NCBI RefSeq assembly: GCF_006345805.1
Contig: NC_042997.1
Span: 23,002,001 to 23,066,000, forward strand
Length of the DNA stretch: 64,000 nt
Direction: 5' to 3'
Origin: Octopus sinensis
Lineage: Eukaryota
The position numbers and the translations under genes are program-made. The notes under the pieces are model-generated. The model was given only the letters and a program-made list of their open reading frames with translations. It searched no databases and had not been told where the DNA came from. Positions 23,953-37,859 of this stretch are shown in pieces (position 1 is the stretch's first letter; every line of letters begins with the position of its first letter).

Positions 23953-25106
23953 GTACGTATTGATTGTGATTTGAATGTTTTATTTTCTTAAAACTCGTTG
24001 AACTGTTAAATTCTTATTAGTTTAACCCTATAGCATTCAAATTACTGTCAAATGTAATGCTTATTTATTTACATTGTTGGGAATTAATTATGTATTATCT
24101 TGTAGCTTCAAGATTTCAATGATTGTTTATTTTTAGAATAATTTTGTAGAGTCAGTGTGAGAAGCTGGATCTGGCTAATTGGAAGAATATTTGGGCTAGA
24201 TATGGCTGGTTTAAATGCTAAAGGGTTAATATAGGATAATGTTATGATTTAAAAAAGATAAATGAAAAAATTCAAGAATAAGTTATCTAGATTTAAGAAG
24301 CATTGAAAGCTTTTGTCAAACTGAGTCAGCCAGTAAAAGGTAATGTACTTGAAATGGAGAAAACAAGGCTAAGTCATGAAAGTAATGGGAATTAGTATTA
24401 AATACTGTTGAAAAAAGTATTTTTAAGAAATTGTGTGTGTATATTGAGTCCATTTCACAAACCAAAGATAATTTATTATTGAGATTTTATGAAGAATAGT
24501 CAAATATATTTTGCGTTTAGTGATTTTTGAGGAAAACCTCCATTGTAATGGATAATGTGTAGCTGATGCTATGATTAAGTAAGTTGGAAGCTTAATTCAG
24601 TATCAGTTGAGAATGTTTTCTTGATAACTGCATTAGTGGAACTTTGTTATTAAAGGATGAATACATTTCTTGCAAGGGGAGTAACAAATAAAAAGATTTC
24701 TTATTCAATACTTTCATGGGAGCTACCATCAACCTATTGCATCAGGAAAATAGATATACTTCAGTGACAAAGAAGGAAACAGATCAGCATTTAATTCTGT
24801 GCGCACTTGACAACTAAATTTGTTTATTAAGTATATTGATCCAAATCAAAATAAGTGCATTAGTGACTCTATGAAAAAATGTATTATGCTCCCTGAAGCA
24901 GTAATCAAATCTCTTGGAAGTGGTAATATGCAGCAAGCAATATCTTAGTCGTTCATGTACAAAAAAGAATGGAAGCATTTCTGAGATATTAATGACAAAA
25001 TTTTCTTTCTACACAGAAGGTTGTATTATGCTAGTGGATTAATTTTGGATGTAATATGAGTTAAATGAATATTTACAACAAATTTGATGAAAATTAGTTT
25101 ATAATA

Positions 25107-25506
25107 GGTGCAGGTGTGGCTGTGTGGTAAGAAGCTTGCTTCCCAACCGCATGGTTCCAGGTTCTGTCCCATTGTGTGGCCTCTTGGGCAAATGTCTACT
25201 ATAGCCTTAAGCCGACCAAAGCCTTGTGAATGGATTTGGTAGATGGAAACTGAAAGAGCCTGTTGTGTGTATGTATGTGTGTGTGTGTTTATGTGTATAT
25301 GTCTGTGTTTGTCCCTCCGCCATCACTTGACAACCTCTGCTGGTGTGTTTGTGTCCTTTAACTTAGTGGTTTGGCAAAATTACTGATAGAATAAGTACTA
25401 GGTTTACAAAGACTAAGTCCTGGGGGTCGATCTGTTTGACTAAAACCCTTCAAGACATTGCTCCAGCATGGCTGCAATCAAGTGACAGAAACAAGTAAAA
25501 GAATAA
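25107..25506 (+). mobile_element. CORE-type SINE (OR2-like)
   Basis: ggtgcaggtgtggctgtgtggtaag head, cttgggcaa core, gaaacaagtaaaaga tail. Confidence 0.85.
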
Positions 25507-26184
25507 CTTACAGTAGGCTCTGGGATAAGTTTATCCTACTGAATAAAATGGAGTGAACTATAAAGGGTTTCAGATGCATCTAATACACACCAGAATGAGG
25601 AGAGGAGGTAGAAATGAATAATGATATTAACAGTCATTTTAGAGTTATGTATAAAATAGAAATGAAATAAATTTACGATGATGATGAATGAGTGTTATTC
25701 TTGATTAAGCGTCTATCTAAATCATATGGCTTTTACTGGAACTTCAGTCTTTTCTTCAGCAGAAAAGACGAAGAGACTGAATTTTATGGATATTCATTTA
25801 AGCAATAAACAGGTTATGCAAATGGAAGCTAATGAAACCAGACTTGGGACATCATCAGTGTCTGAGTCAGTAGTTCTTAGTTGGAGCTACTGCTTTCCTT
25901 GAAGTGTATCAGGAGCCATGTCTCACTCATTCCATCTTTAGTTGTTCAGAGTGGACTGGTGGCTTTCCATGTAGTACCAGTGAGGTGTTTTGGTATAATA
26001 TTTTTAAAAAATGTTTCTTTCAATTATTAAATGCAAAGATCTGTTGCAATTATATTCTGCACATCTTCATCTACTAGTCAGAGTTGATACATTTGTGAAT
26101 TAATAAAAACAATATTTTATTTAATAATTAAAATGTCATTATTTAATAAAAGTATATCTGCTAAATTTTCCCTTACATTTATAG

Positions 26185-26288
26185 AAATGTCATGCTTGCT
26201 ATCTGCTCTAGAGAACAAATTGCAATTGAGTCATCAATGCAGTGAAAGATTACAACAAAGGAAAGAGATGTGGGAGTATGCTGCTCAT
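26185..26288 (+). CDS. GLG1: GLG1 exon M
   Basis: tag|...|gtgagt; (Q)MSCLLSALENKLQLSHQCSERLQQRKEMWEYAAH. Confidence 0.96.
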
Positions 26289-26400
26289 GTGAGTACTTCT
26301 TTGATATAATTTTAATGAAATTTGGAAAAATCTTTCTTGATATTCTGTTTATCATATTTATTAATGCATAATTTCTATTTTTGTTTTGTTTTTAATTTAT

Positions 26401-26896
26401 CATCATCATCATCGTTTAACGTCTGCTTTCCATGCTAGCATGGGTTGGACAATTTTGACTGAGGGCTGGCGAGCCAAATGGCTGCACCAGGCTCCAATCT
26501 TGATCTGGCAGAGTTTCTACAGCTGGATGCCCTTCCTAACGCCAACCACTCCGAGAGTGTAGTGGGTGCTTTTTACGTGCCACCGGCATGGGGGCCAGTC
26601 AGGCAGTACTGGCAATGACCTCGCTCAAATCTTTTTACACGTGCCACCGGCACAGGTACTAGTGAAGCGATGTTGGTAACGATCATGCTCGAATGATGCC
26701 CTTGTACATGCCACAGGTACGGAAGCGAGTTGGCTGATCTGGCAACGATCATGCTCGGATGGTGCTCTTGGCACCCTACTAGCACAGGCATGAGTGCCAG
26801 TAAGGTGATGCTGGTAACGATCATACTCAAATAGCCACTCTGTCAACGATCACACTCGTATGGTGCTCTTTGCACCCCGCTAGCACAGATGCCAGT
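26401..26896 (-). mobile_element. RTE-tail element with diverged tandem units
   Basis: (CAT)n start, gcccttcctaacgcc motif, repeated ...aacgatcatgctcg... units. Confidence 0.85.
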
Positions 26897-27217
26897 CTTA
26901 TGTAAATAATATCTCTATATATATAAAACTGAAAATGTGTGTCTGTCTGTCTGTCTGTGTGTTTCCCTAAAACTTGAGAACTACACAACCAATTTCATTC
27001 AAAATTTACACATGCCTTACTTAGGGTCCGGGGAGTGTCATGGGCAAATGTTCAACTTCTTGCCCATAGCAATATCATATATTCTCCACTATTTCAGTAT
27101 TACATGTTAAAAGTGAAACAGAAGCATTTCTCTATTTTATGTCAGATACTTTCACTTTAACAATAAAAATTAGAGATAATAATAACAATTGAATTATATG
27201 TAGTAAGTAATAATTAA

Positions 27218-27755
27218 ATAATAATAATAATAATAATAATAATGAAATTATTGTATACAGTGCTCAGGTGCACCACAACTTGTCAGAAAGTGCATATAAA
27301 GTACATGCAGTAATGTAGAAATGTCTGGAAAGTGAACATGCTTGTGTATGTATGGAGGGGAGAAAATCAAGTGTAGTGTTGGCGAATCTCAGGAAGCATG
27401 GAAGTCTTGAAGGATGCAGTGCTCTGACAACTAACAACCGATGCCGGCAGTTTGTTCCACGCTTCAGCAACTCTCAGCGTGAAAAAATGTTTACTGAAGT
27501 CATGGGAGCTGTGCTGTTTTCTTTCTTTGTAAATATGTCCACGGGTGTTAGATGGGTGGAGTTTGAAGAGGTGCTCAGAGTTATTGTTTGTGCGATGGTT
27601 GATAATTTTATGGGTGTCTGCCAAGTCAGCTGCCAGACGTCGGAGTTTCAATGTGTCCATGCCCAGAGAAGTAAGGCGTTCAGGATATGGCAAATGCCTG
27701 ATGGAGGGTATTCTTTTGGTTGCACGTCGCTGAGTATAATATAATCGTAACATAA
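27218..27755 (-). mobile_element. CR1-clade LINE 3' fragment with (TTA)n tail
   Basis: QRRATKRIPSIRHLPYPERL...NTRGH...FFTLRVAEAWNKLP; sister copy at 56650-57140. Confidence 0.9.
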
Positions 27756-28029
27756 CAAAAGTAAAAATAGCAATTGGTATAAAATTGCATCAATGACTTG
27801 AACTTGAATAAGTGGTTTCACACGAATGGGAATAAATTAAAAATAAAATTAGTGTGCAGAAATAGTCCAGATGGAGGTGTGCAAATACAGTTTACCACAG
27901 CTTTTACATTAGATTATCTGCTAATTAGCTAGCATTAAGTATCTATATGAAGTTTGGCTGTATGTAATGTCTGTTTTCTCAAACAGCCGCTTCTATTGAG
28001 TACTGCTGTAACCTTCCTCCTTTGGGAGA

Positions 28030-28660
28030 AGGAGCTTTGGTTACTGTTTAAAAATTGAATTGTGTCCCTGTTTGGGGAAATTGACAATATTTTCACCGTT
28101 TACATGGTTAAAATGCCTTCGATAGAAGAAAGTCCAAAAATGAATTTCGCTGCAGCCGTCAGCGGGCGCGAACTCATTAAAATTAAAATGGAAGAAATAC
28201 AAACCTATTTCGGATTGATCACCGACAAAGACGGTGAATCTAGGATAACACCACCAAACAAAATAAAAAATTGAATTAAAGAAAAGACTATTGTCTATAA
28301 AGTATACAATGTAGAGAAAAAAATAGATTTGAACACCTGGATGAAAGCACCATCGAAAAGTGTCTTGGTGTGACTATGAAAGATATCTAACCAGAGGCGG
28401 TTAATTCGCCACAATAGAAGCAAGGTTCGAGTCAACGGAGCATACAAGGGAGTACTCAACTCGAACCTTGCAAAGTGGAAATATTTTATTTTTACCTTTA
28501 TATCTGAGACGTAGGACGTCCCAGATAAAAAAATTTTAAAATGTCCCTCCAGAAGTAGAGGTAGGCTGGATTGTAGCCACACTTCTATACAAGAGGGAGG
28601 ACAAGATACAGTTGATCGAAATTGCAAGAGACTTCCAGTCTGTTATATATTTTGAGTATT
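28030..28660 (+). mobile_element. Decayed ORF1/gag-like relic, possibly L1/Tx1-type
   Basis: Broken frames give MNFAAAV, PLYLRRRTSQIK and NVPPEVEVGWIVATL (RRM-like NVPP motif); CpG-richer than the flanks. Confidence 0.4.
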
Positions 28661-29244
28661 GTTATCACTAGCGATATCAAGATATAACTTTGTATTTTGT
28701 ATTTTATGTGTAGATGTATATATATATAGATATACATGTAATATGTACACATATATATATATTTATATATATAAGTAAAATTACATTTAATTCATTAATA
28801 GCGAAACAATTGTCCCAAAATAATCTGTATTTTTGTTATTTTTTATTTGCCCTGTCCGTGTGAGCTAACAATCGTACTGACTTTCATGGGAAACATGTAT
28901 TTTTGTGGTTGAAACCTATTGGATTAACTGGTGCTAGAGTGAGCCATATAGTGACCACTCTCTTATATTTATTTTATATATATATATATACACATATATA
29001 CATGCACTAGCACTATGACCCGGCAACGATGGGTCATAATGCTAGTATTCTATAAATGATTCAAATTTTGTCATCATCATCATTGTTTTTTTAACCCATT
29101 TGTATCTCTTTCCCTATTTACAGCCAATAACTCCCTTTTGACTTATGTTATTCATTTACTTTTCTTATACTTTATGTGCATTGTACTACATTCTGTACAG
29201 AGGTTATACCCTTTCTCATTATTTCTTTAAATTTATTCCATTTA

Positions 29245-29930
29245 GACATCATCAGTGTCATTTTCTTTTCTGCTTTCCATTCTGGCATGGGTTGGGTAGG
29301 TTGTTATAGTCCAACCCTGTTCTTCTTCAGAGTTATTCCTCTCCTAGGCATGGTTGGGGGACCATGCCTCACTTGTTTTTTGATATTCTGGCATGGTTTC
29401 TATGGCTGGATACCCTTCTTAACACCAATCAATTTACAGGGTATATTGGATGCATTTTTTATGACACCAGCACAGAGATTGTCGTGTACTCTGTAAAACA
29501 AGAGTAAGGGTCCTCTCAACTTTATGATGTTTCTTCTTGTTTATCAACCACTTGAGCCTCATGGAAGCAAAGTGGCTGAGATCCTTTCGAGTGTTGTGCC
29601 TCATGGAAGTAAAGTGGCTGAGTTCCTTTTGAGTTTTGGGCCTCACAGAGGCAATGACCGAGACCTTTGACATTATATCGTGCTTGAGAAGAAAACCCAT
29701 CAAGCCGAACAAAGTCACAGTTGTGGCAGATACCAGTGTCACGCAAATGGCATCCATGCCAGTGGCACTTAAAAGCACCCATTATACTCTCAGAGCGGTT
29801 GGCATTAAGAAGGGCATCCTGCCATGGAAAACCATGCCAAATCAAACTGGAGTCTGGTGCAGCCTTCCAGCTTACCAACCCTGGTCAAACCATCCAACCC
29901 ATGCCAGTTTGGACAACGGACATTAAATGA
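29245..29930. mobile_element. Two adjacent RTE 3' fragments (minus, then plus with ~38-bp tandem ORF-end units)
   Basis: gcctcatggaagcaaagtggctgag units as at 47660-47760; LGLTEAMT motif; tail at 29930. Confidence 0.75.
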
Positions 29931-31029
29931 TGATTATACTCATACATAACCGTCACATGATGTGTAGCAAGAGGACACACACACAACTGACAGGTTTCTT
30001 TCCTTTCCCTATGCCAAATCCACTCACAAGTCTTTGGTCAACGTAGGGCTAAGATAGAAAACACTTTTCCAAGGTGCCACACAGTGAAACTGAATCCAAG
30101 ACCATGTTGTTCGGTAACAAGCTTCTCAACCATAGACCCATGCCTACTTAATTACTATAATTATTCATTGATTTTTTAGTTATCTTTTATTTATGCCATT
30201 GCAAATTTTATGCTTTTAATATCATCCTCTTTTAATATCTATTCTCCATGCTGCCATGGGTTGACTGGTTTCACAGGTGTTGGCCAGCTGGAGAGCTGCC
30301 TGTGCTCCATTTGTCTGTTTTGATATGGTTTCTATGGCCGGGTGCCCTTCCTAATGTCAGCCACTTTACAGAGTATACTGGGTGCTTTCACGTGGCATGG
30401 CACAGCATGTGTGCTTTTGCGTGCCAACTGTCTTATGCTCGTGTTGATATCAAATAAACAGATTTCCTAGGCTGGATGTTGGAAGCTGTTTCTTGACCTC
30501 TAAGATTACTCAATTAATCCTAGTTAATTTAGAGATTCTAATGTTAAATAAAAAATGGAATACAATGAAGAAAATCTTTACACTTGCAGAAGTTTGATTC
30601 CCAACCATGTGGTTTTGGGTTCAATCCCACTTCATGACACCTTGAGCAAGTGTCTCATTCTATAATTCTGACCCAACAGAAATTTTAAGTATCTTTGTGT
30701 GTGTGCATGCATGCTCATGCATGTTTGTATCTCCGTGTTTGTTTACCTTTACACTTCTCCAAAGATGACAGCTACAAGCAATAACTTTCTTGCCATGTCC
30801 TCTGTCAAATCACCTGCCACTTTTATGCCTTTGAAGACGTGAAATAAAAGATACCTTACTTGAAAAACAATTAAGAGTTTGCCACAGAAAGGGCGTCCAA
30901 TTGTGAAAATAATAAAATAATGCTTCAATAATATATCCATCTAATGCATGCTAGCATAGAAAAGCAAACAAAAATGAACTTGGGATTGTATCTCACTTTT
31001 AATTACCTTTTTTCTCTTTTTAATTGCAG

Positions 31030-31197
31030 GTTGCTCCTCCTGAAAGTTTTAAAGATATAGTTGCTGAAATGCATAGTTCCCCAGCTAAATATTACTTTCT
31101 TGGAGTTATTATCACACTCATTGGATTTATTTTTATTGCTGGTCTTACTTGTGGTAGAGTAACAAAACGTCAACGAGCTGAACTAAAAAATAAATAG
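31030..31197 (+). CDS. GLG1: GLG1 terminal coding exon (TM helix + cytoplasmic tail, stop TAG 31195-31197)
   Basis: cag|; VAPPESFKDIVAEMHSSPAKYYFLGVIITLIGFIFIAGLTCGRVTKRQRAELKNK*, cf. human ...GLMCGRITKRVTRELKDR. Confidence 0.97.
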   Translation, partial: VAPPESFKDIVAEMHSSPAKYYFLGVIITLIGFIFIAGLTCGRVTKRQRAELKNK

Positions 31198-33023
31198 AAC
31201 AGTATTATGTAAATAATTAGTTTTTTTTTTTCTGTTTTGTTTTGTTTTGTTTTTCTTTAATGAGAACAAACATAGCTGTGCTGCTGCAAAATGTTTTACC
31301 TTGTTTGTGTCATATTATTTGTCTCTGTTGTTAAATTTAATTTATAACATGAATTTTGAAAGAAATGTGTGAATGGTTAACATAAATTCAATGTAAAATG
31401 TCTTCTTGAGTTTTATATGTAGCTATTTTCATTATGTAAAATTTTTTTTTTGTGTTCTTTCTTTTAAATATTTCTGGGAAGACACACAAACACACATACA
31501 CATGCTTACACAATTACTAATTGTGTTCCTTAATTATTATTTTTTTTTATTATTATTATTATTATATTCCTGAAAAGTTTGTAAATATTCAGTCTTGCTT
31601 TCAAAAAGTAAAAGTTCCCCAATCAGATACATAAAATTTCCAATATGTTGACTAAAATTATGTTTTAAAAATATTTCAATGAAATATTACGAAGCAAAAT
31701 AAGTTTTAAATATTCAAATAAGATTGTGTAAATTTATGATATTAAATTTTGAATAATTTTTTTTAAACTCTCGACACTCAAAGTTATTGTGATTGCATAT
31801 TTGGATGTCAACTATTATTAGAAACATTCATACAAACTTTACAAATATATTAAAATCTCTTTACATCTCTCCCTATTAAGCTAAAATAAATAAAAGGTTT
31901 CATTTAAATCTTCCTACATTATTTACTCATTTAGATTAAAATAGATGGTATAATTTAAGTATATTCGGCAAGTTCCTTGTATATATCTTGATGTGGATTT
32001 ATTTCTGATTATAGACACAAATCGCCACATCAAAATTAAGAAAATGTTAGAATATTATATAAAAAAGCAAAGCAATTACTAAAACATTAACACATCATTA
32101 AACTTTTCAATTATTGCATTTATGTGTTTCAACATTGTGGAACATTTGATTAATATTTGTTCTGAAAGCCAAGCCCCATTTGTTTTAGAGCAGAATTTAA
32201 TCAATAAAACATTAACTGTGATAATGTGGTCTTGGAAAAAAATTATCTCATATTTTCCACAAATGAAACATTCATATATTTGATTTACAGTCTTTGTTCT
32301 TTACAAGCAAATATAAGAAATACAGTATTTTACAGCCTCAGACTAGTCTCAAAATAAATTTATTATTAAAGCTAAAATTAAAAACTAAAAATGTTGAATA
32401 GCCAGTAATATTTTATGATTTTGTTTTCACTATAAATCTCAAACCCTGTATGATATTTGTAAAAGATTACCTAGCATTTTAACTGTTTAGTATTGTTAAA
32501 TTATAATATAATAATTTTATATAAACTAAAATAAAAAGTAATTAAAAAAATTTTTTTTAAAATTTAGTGTATTGAACTTATGATTATGTAACTGTCTACA
32601 TAGTTGGATATTTTTCAAGGACTTATTCATTAAAATATTTGTTTACTTATTCAGATAAAATTTTGTTTTAAATTTTTTCTTAAAACAATTTAAATCTTAG
32701 AACTAGAATTATCTGTTCTGTTCTCTATTTTTCACAAGTTTATGTTGGTTGGTGGAGAGTTGTAAAATTAATAGAAAGCAAAGAAAAATACCAAAGGCGT
32801 ATTTTACTGATCATTAGATTTGATTCAACATAAGATTATCTTAATCAGCTTGGAAATTACTCTGAACATTTTCATGTTTTGTAACCCAAAAGAATTATCA
32901 TCTTCATTTCTTAAATAAAACTATTTTCCTTCCAATGAAATAAAATGTCTTTTCAGTTTTATTTTCTTCAGAATTCACAATTAGCATTAATTGTTTATAA
33001 TATGTTTCAAAATGCAAGTGTTG

Positions 33024-33062
<39 letters not shown>

Positions 33063-34665
33063 TTTCAAATATAGTTGGTTAAAATATTCTATAAAGCACT
33101 CACAAATAAACATAAGATTCACTTACTATTTGAGACAACTAAAATGTTTTAAACTGCAAATACATCTGGTACCCAAAGATTACTAATGAATTTACCTATA
33201 TATGTTCTTGGTTATAATTTTTTTGTAATATTTACATCTACACTATATTTCAATCAATTTGACCTCTGGCTGAAATATTGTAGATATCTTTTTATGAACA
33301 ACTCATCTTGACCCCTCTGATACCAATTGCCCTGGTTCTGTGATACAAGCTTTTACAGTGATCTAAATTGTACCTACCAAAAAATTTCATGTTGATTTAT
33401 GTTCCAAACACTATCATAATAATGACTTAGTTATCTTACTAACTTCTTCATTATTTTCAAAAGAATAACAAAGGTAGTGTGTTTCAACAGAAAGTTAATG
33501 TATTTCTTTTCCAAAGAAACATTTTGAGAAGAATAGCCTACAAGAACCATTCATTAAAGCATTCTTGTGTCTGTGCAAATCTAATTTTTTTCCCTATTGA
33601 ACAATCTTGTATTTTTCATTCTACTGTCTACCTAAAGAACTTTAGTCTTAGATAAATATTATTGACAAAAATATTTCTCCAAACACTAAATTGCATGAAA
33701 TATGATCCTATGTTAAAACACTGACAATAAAGGTATTCTTAAGGAAACTAGAAAATAAGTTAAACATAATTTGATCAATATTTTGTTTATTTTATACTTA
33801 AATTCAACTTATGAGCTTCAGGAAATGTCATTCCATCTTGAGAAAATAGTTAAAATAACTGAAGTTGTACTCCAGTATAGTATTTGTAATTTTTCATATT
33901 ATGCAGATTTCTTATACTAATTCTGATTAAAAACAGTCATATTTATGATATATTGTCAATTCATGGCTTCAAAAAGAGAAAGAAGAGCTTGAAAAAAAGA
34001 AAATGGCTAGTGTGACAGTGATTATTTCTATCAAATTGAGTTTATCAGCTTATATGTAACACTAAGATGCTTATCCAGCATTAACTGTAGCCTCTGTTCT
34101 TCAATGTCACTTGCGATGTTGGACTCTAAGTCAACCCTGATTGAGCAAATTTATGAAAATTATGACTGTGACTGACAATCCTGTCTTTTTAGGGGTATCT
34201 AGAAGTATATTATGAAATATGGGTGAGGAGAAAAATGTGTGATATTTAGATTTGGGTGGTATTTCTAGCAGGTTGAATCATGTAGAGGCTTCCTTTGTTA
34301 CCTTGTGATTTGGAGATGTTATTGCTTTTGTTAATGTTAATAAAGTAAAGTTTAAGTACTCTTGAATTTTAATCAGTAGTGCAATGTGTATTTTGAATAT
34401 GCAAAGAATTATTCCTTTCTTCATACATATGGTAAAAACCTTAGATCAGATCAGAAAGGGAATGTATGATGTTTTTTTTTTAAGTAATACAGAATTATAC
34501 ATTTAAAGTTTACTTTTATTAGAACATTGGGAGAATGTTATGTACAGTTTCATAGTTTATGGAATGAAATAGTATAGTTAGTAATTGGCAAGATGACAGG
34601 TAAATTGACAAAATATGTTTTGTAAATGAATAATAGTACCCACAATCTTTTTATAATGCCTCTAA

Positions 34666-34935
34666 GGCTGGTAGTCCTGTGCCGGTAGCACATAAAAAGC
34701 ACCATTTGAGCGTGGTCAATACCAGTACCACCTGACTGGCCCTCATGCTGGTGGCACATAAAAAGCACCCACTACACTCTTGGAGTGGTTGGTGTTAGGA
34801 AGGGCATCCAACAGTAGAAACTTAGCCAGATCAGATTGGAGCCCGGTGTAGCCTTCTGGCTTGCCAACCCTCAGTCAAACCTTCCAACTCATGCCAGCAT
34901 GGAAAGCAGACGTTAAATGATGATGATGATGATGA
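34666..34935 (+). mobile_element. RTE-tail element
   Basis: ggtggcacataaaaagcacc units, ttaggaagggcatcc, (GAT)n. Confidence 0.85.
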
Positions 34936-36254
34936 CTTATGATTGGATGAACTCTGCTAATGGCAGCCAAGGAGTGGTGATGATGATGATAAACTGAGCA
35001 ACAAATTAAGTCCACTCAAGCAATGTACTACTGGTAAGTTTAATCTATTAGTGATAAACAAAGCTAGTAGAAAAGACAGCAAGCAGTGACCAGAGATTGG
35101 AAGATTCCTGTAGGAATTATCTGTTATCAAATTAAACATTACTTTGTGCCTGTAAATCCAAGATGCATCAGAATTGGACACATTTAAACATGATAGAAAG
35201 TCACTAGCAACTCAAGGTTGAAAATTCTTTGTTCTAAATAGAAAACCAGATTGCTGGATAGTTTTATTTTGAAGAATATAAAATGTTCACGAGAATTTGC
35301 CTTAAATGGTGACTCCAAAGTCGAAAGTTTGAGGCCTAATTCAGCTTAGCAAAACACCAAGCTACTTACTACTATCCTATTAATTTGTGGAATGGTGTAA
35401 TTTATAATCTCATTCCATTTAATGCACATTCGCTGAAATATATTTCTTTAAGATATGATGTCTATTCTTATCAAGTTTTTAAAGATGATATTAATCTTAT
35501 AAAGGAACTCCCAAGAAAATCATGAGAGAATTCAACACTTTTTAATTTCCACTTGTGTACTTTTAATGGTTTGTCAAGCAGAAACTATTGACTATGTAGC
35601 AAAATGTAGAGTTTTACACCAGTGACAAGATACAGTTTCCTAACTCATCAACTAAAAGTTTGACACTATGTTCACTGTCATTTTATTTTCTATTGATTGG
35701 TCTGGAAGATGCCCTGCCAATAATACTTTTTCTCTGAACTCTTGGATTATTTTCTATCTTATATTTGACAAGGGGAATCTTTCCCAAAATATTATAGAGC
35801 ATTAAACAACCCATGTAAGGTAATGCAATATCTAGTCTTTGTTTTTATTTCTTGGCATCACCTTACATATCTTACCTAACTCTTCACCTGCATTGCTTAG
35901 AGTTTTTTTTAAACATTTAAATCATGAAATATCTCACAGCATCTTCTCATGTCACCTTTGGCATCATCAGTTTTGCCGTAACCCTTTTCTTTGGCATAGG
36001 TTGGATAGCATTCCTCGTAACATCTTGTCCATGGGGCTCATCACTCTCAGATCTGCCCTCACCCCTCTTTTCTAAGTGTTCCCCCCACCACATGTACTTT
36101 TCACTGTCAGCACAATATTTCTTCACCTAAACATACTAAACTGATATCTTTAGTGCTCAGCCATTTTCTCATCTGTGCGATAAAATTGATGGTGCTCATC
36201 AAAAAGATTATACTCAATTCATCACTAACCTTCATGAATTTGTTTTGTAATAAA

Positions 36255-36645
36255 GAAGTTTCCATTGCAATTACAAGATTTCAAGTTCAGTTCCACTGCT
36301 CAACACTTTGTCAAATGTTTTTTACAAAGCCTCAGGCCAACCAAGTCCTTACAAGTGAAATCTGGTGGATGGAAACTATAAGTTTATTGCAGATGCTACT
36401 TAATCTGTTACTCAGTGTAACAGTGTGTGTGTGTATGTTTGTATGTTGCCACCACTGCTTGACAACTGGTTAACATATGTTATGTTCCCATAAATTAGTG
36501 GTTCAGTAAAAACAAACCAATAAAATAAGTACTAGACTTTAAAAAAAAAATAAACATTGGGATCAATTTGTTTGACTAAAAGAAAAAACCCCATCAAGGC
36601 AGTGCCTCAGCATGGCCACAATGCAGTGACTGAAACAAGTAAATA
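36255..36645 (+). mobile_element. CORE-type SINE (OR2-like), old
   Basis: gcttgacaactgg...aataagtactagac...cagcatggccac...gactgaaacaagta. Confidence 0.7.
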
Positions 36646-37859
36646 ATTTTTTTTCTATTTGTCATGTGAATTTTATTTTTATAAAAAACATTGGAAAATC
36701 AAAACAGAAAATAGTGAGTGCCCTGTATATATTTGGGAAAACTTAGATAAGAGTGTGTGAGACAATGGTACAGGAAAATCAAGTTTTGTCTTCAGAAGTA
36801 GATTTGAATTTGTTGGATTCATTAAGGTTTGGCATAATTACTATGATCTATAATTTAGATTTGATATTTTCCCATAGGATCTTCTGTTAGTCATGAGACT
36901 AGCAATTTTTACAGCTGTTATATTTTACATAATTGTGCCTCATTGAGTTCATACATCATTAATAAACTTGTGTTTTGGTGGAAATATCCCCAGCAATTTC
37001 CTCCTAAAAGTTTCATGTATAGTTCATGTTCTGTTCCAAACCCTACAAGTGAAGATAATGAACATCTTACATCTATGTTGCATTGTTTGATGCTTATGAA
37101 TGGGACTGAGCTAAGACTAAATGCTTATCATCATTATGCAGAATCATACTTCTTATACATGTTAAGTACAGTCATTTTTGACAAAGCAGAAGTAATGTTT
37201 CCCTAGATTTCTTTCATTATTTCCTCCTTGTAATTATTATATTTTCACTGCAGCCACCTCCAGCACTATTGAGCTAACAGAAATGACCAACTATTTCTAG
37301 GAGTACATCTGAGCAGTTATTTTTTCTTTTCTAGACAGCACCTACTTCTAATCACTCATAAATATATCCTATTTGAGGTTTTGATTCTTTGTCACTATGC
37401 CACTTTTTTTTTTTGCATACCCAGTACCTGTCCTGAGTATCATAGGCTCAGGAACAGCAGGTGCAAGTTCACCTTTTTCAGGAACAGCAGGTGTAAGTCC
37501 ACCAAAAGTTTTGGTGAACAATACAAATGCTTTGAACATACTCCTGAAAAACTGGGTTTGCATCCTCTAAGCAAATTTCGTTTCCATTCATATAGTATCA
37601 TATCAAATAGGCTTTAAAGCTAGAAGTGGAGTGAGATGCAGTACTTTTTTTTTAATATTGCTTTCTGGTTTGCAGTTTGAAGGAATTATTATTTCATTGG
37701 TTGGCGAGTAAGCATACAAACTATTAAAGATAAATTTTGTATTATTGAAGAAAACGATTTGAAATAACGAATAAAAGATAACTCCATGTATAGGCATTAA
37801 AAGAAAAGCTAAAAGTAGTTTTCATACGAAACTTATCTGATAATTCCACTTTTATCTCG

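Larger units (their letters stand above)
26912..29045 (+). mobile_element. Non-autonomous Helitron with nested or captured retroelement fragments
   Basis: A|TCTCTATATATATAAAACTG start with (CTGT)n; hairpin tatgacccggcaacgatgggtcata 29014-29038 then CTAG|T at 29042-29046. Joining the two ends into one element is inferred. Confidence 0.7.

Noticed and set aside
24660-24930. Possible Tc1 transposase C-terminal remnant (DSMKK...AVIKSLG)
   Set aside because: Only one short degenerate motif, and no TIRs were identified.
33260-33365. Possible minus-strand terminal exon (HCKSLYHRTRAIGIRGVKMSCS*) of a gene between GLG1 and KIF14
   Set aside because: No supporting upstream exons or homology were found on the minus strand.
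34968-35033. Possible exon ending in gtaagt (PRSGDDDDKLSNKLSPLK...)
   Set aside because: Weak acceptor, directly after an RTE (GAT)n tail, and no recognisable protein match.
37676-37707. Possible 32-nt upstream KIF14 exon (tttgcag|...|gtaagc)
   Set aside because: The splice signals are good, but there is no homology, no linked upstream exon, and it lies upstream of the likely promoter. It needs cDNA evidence.
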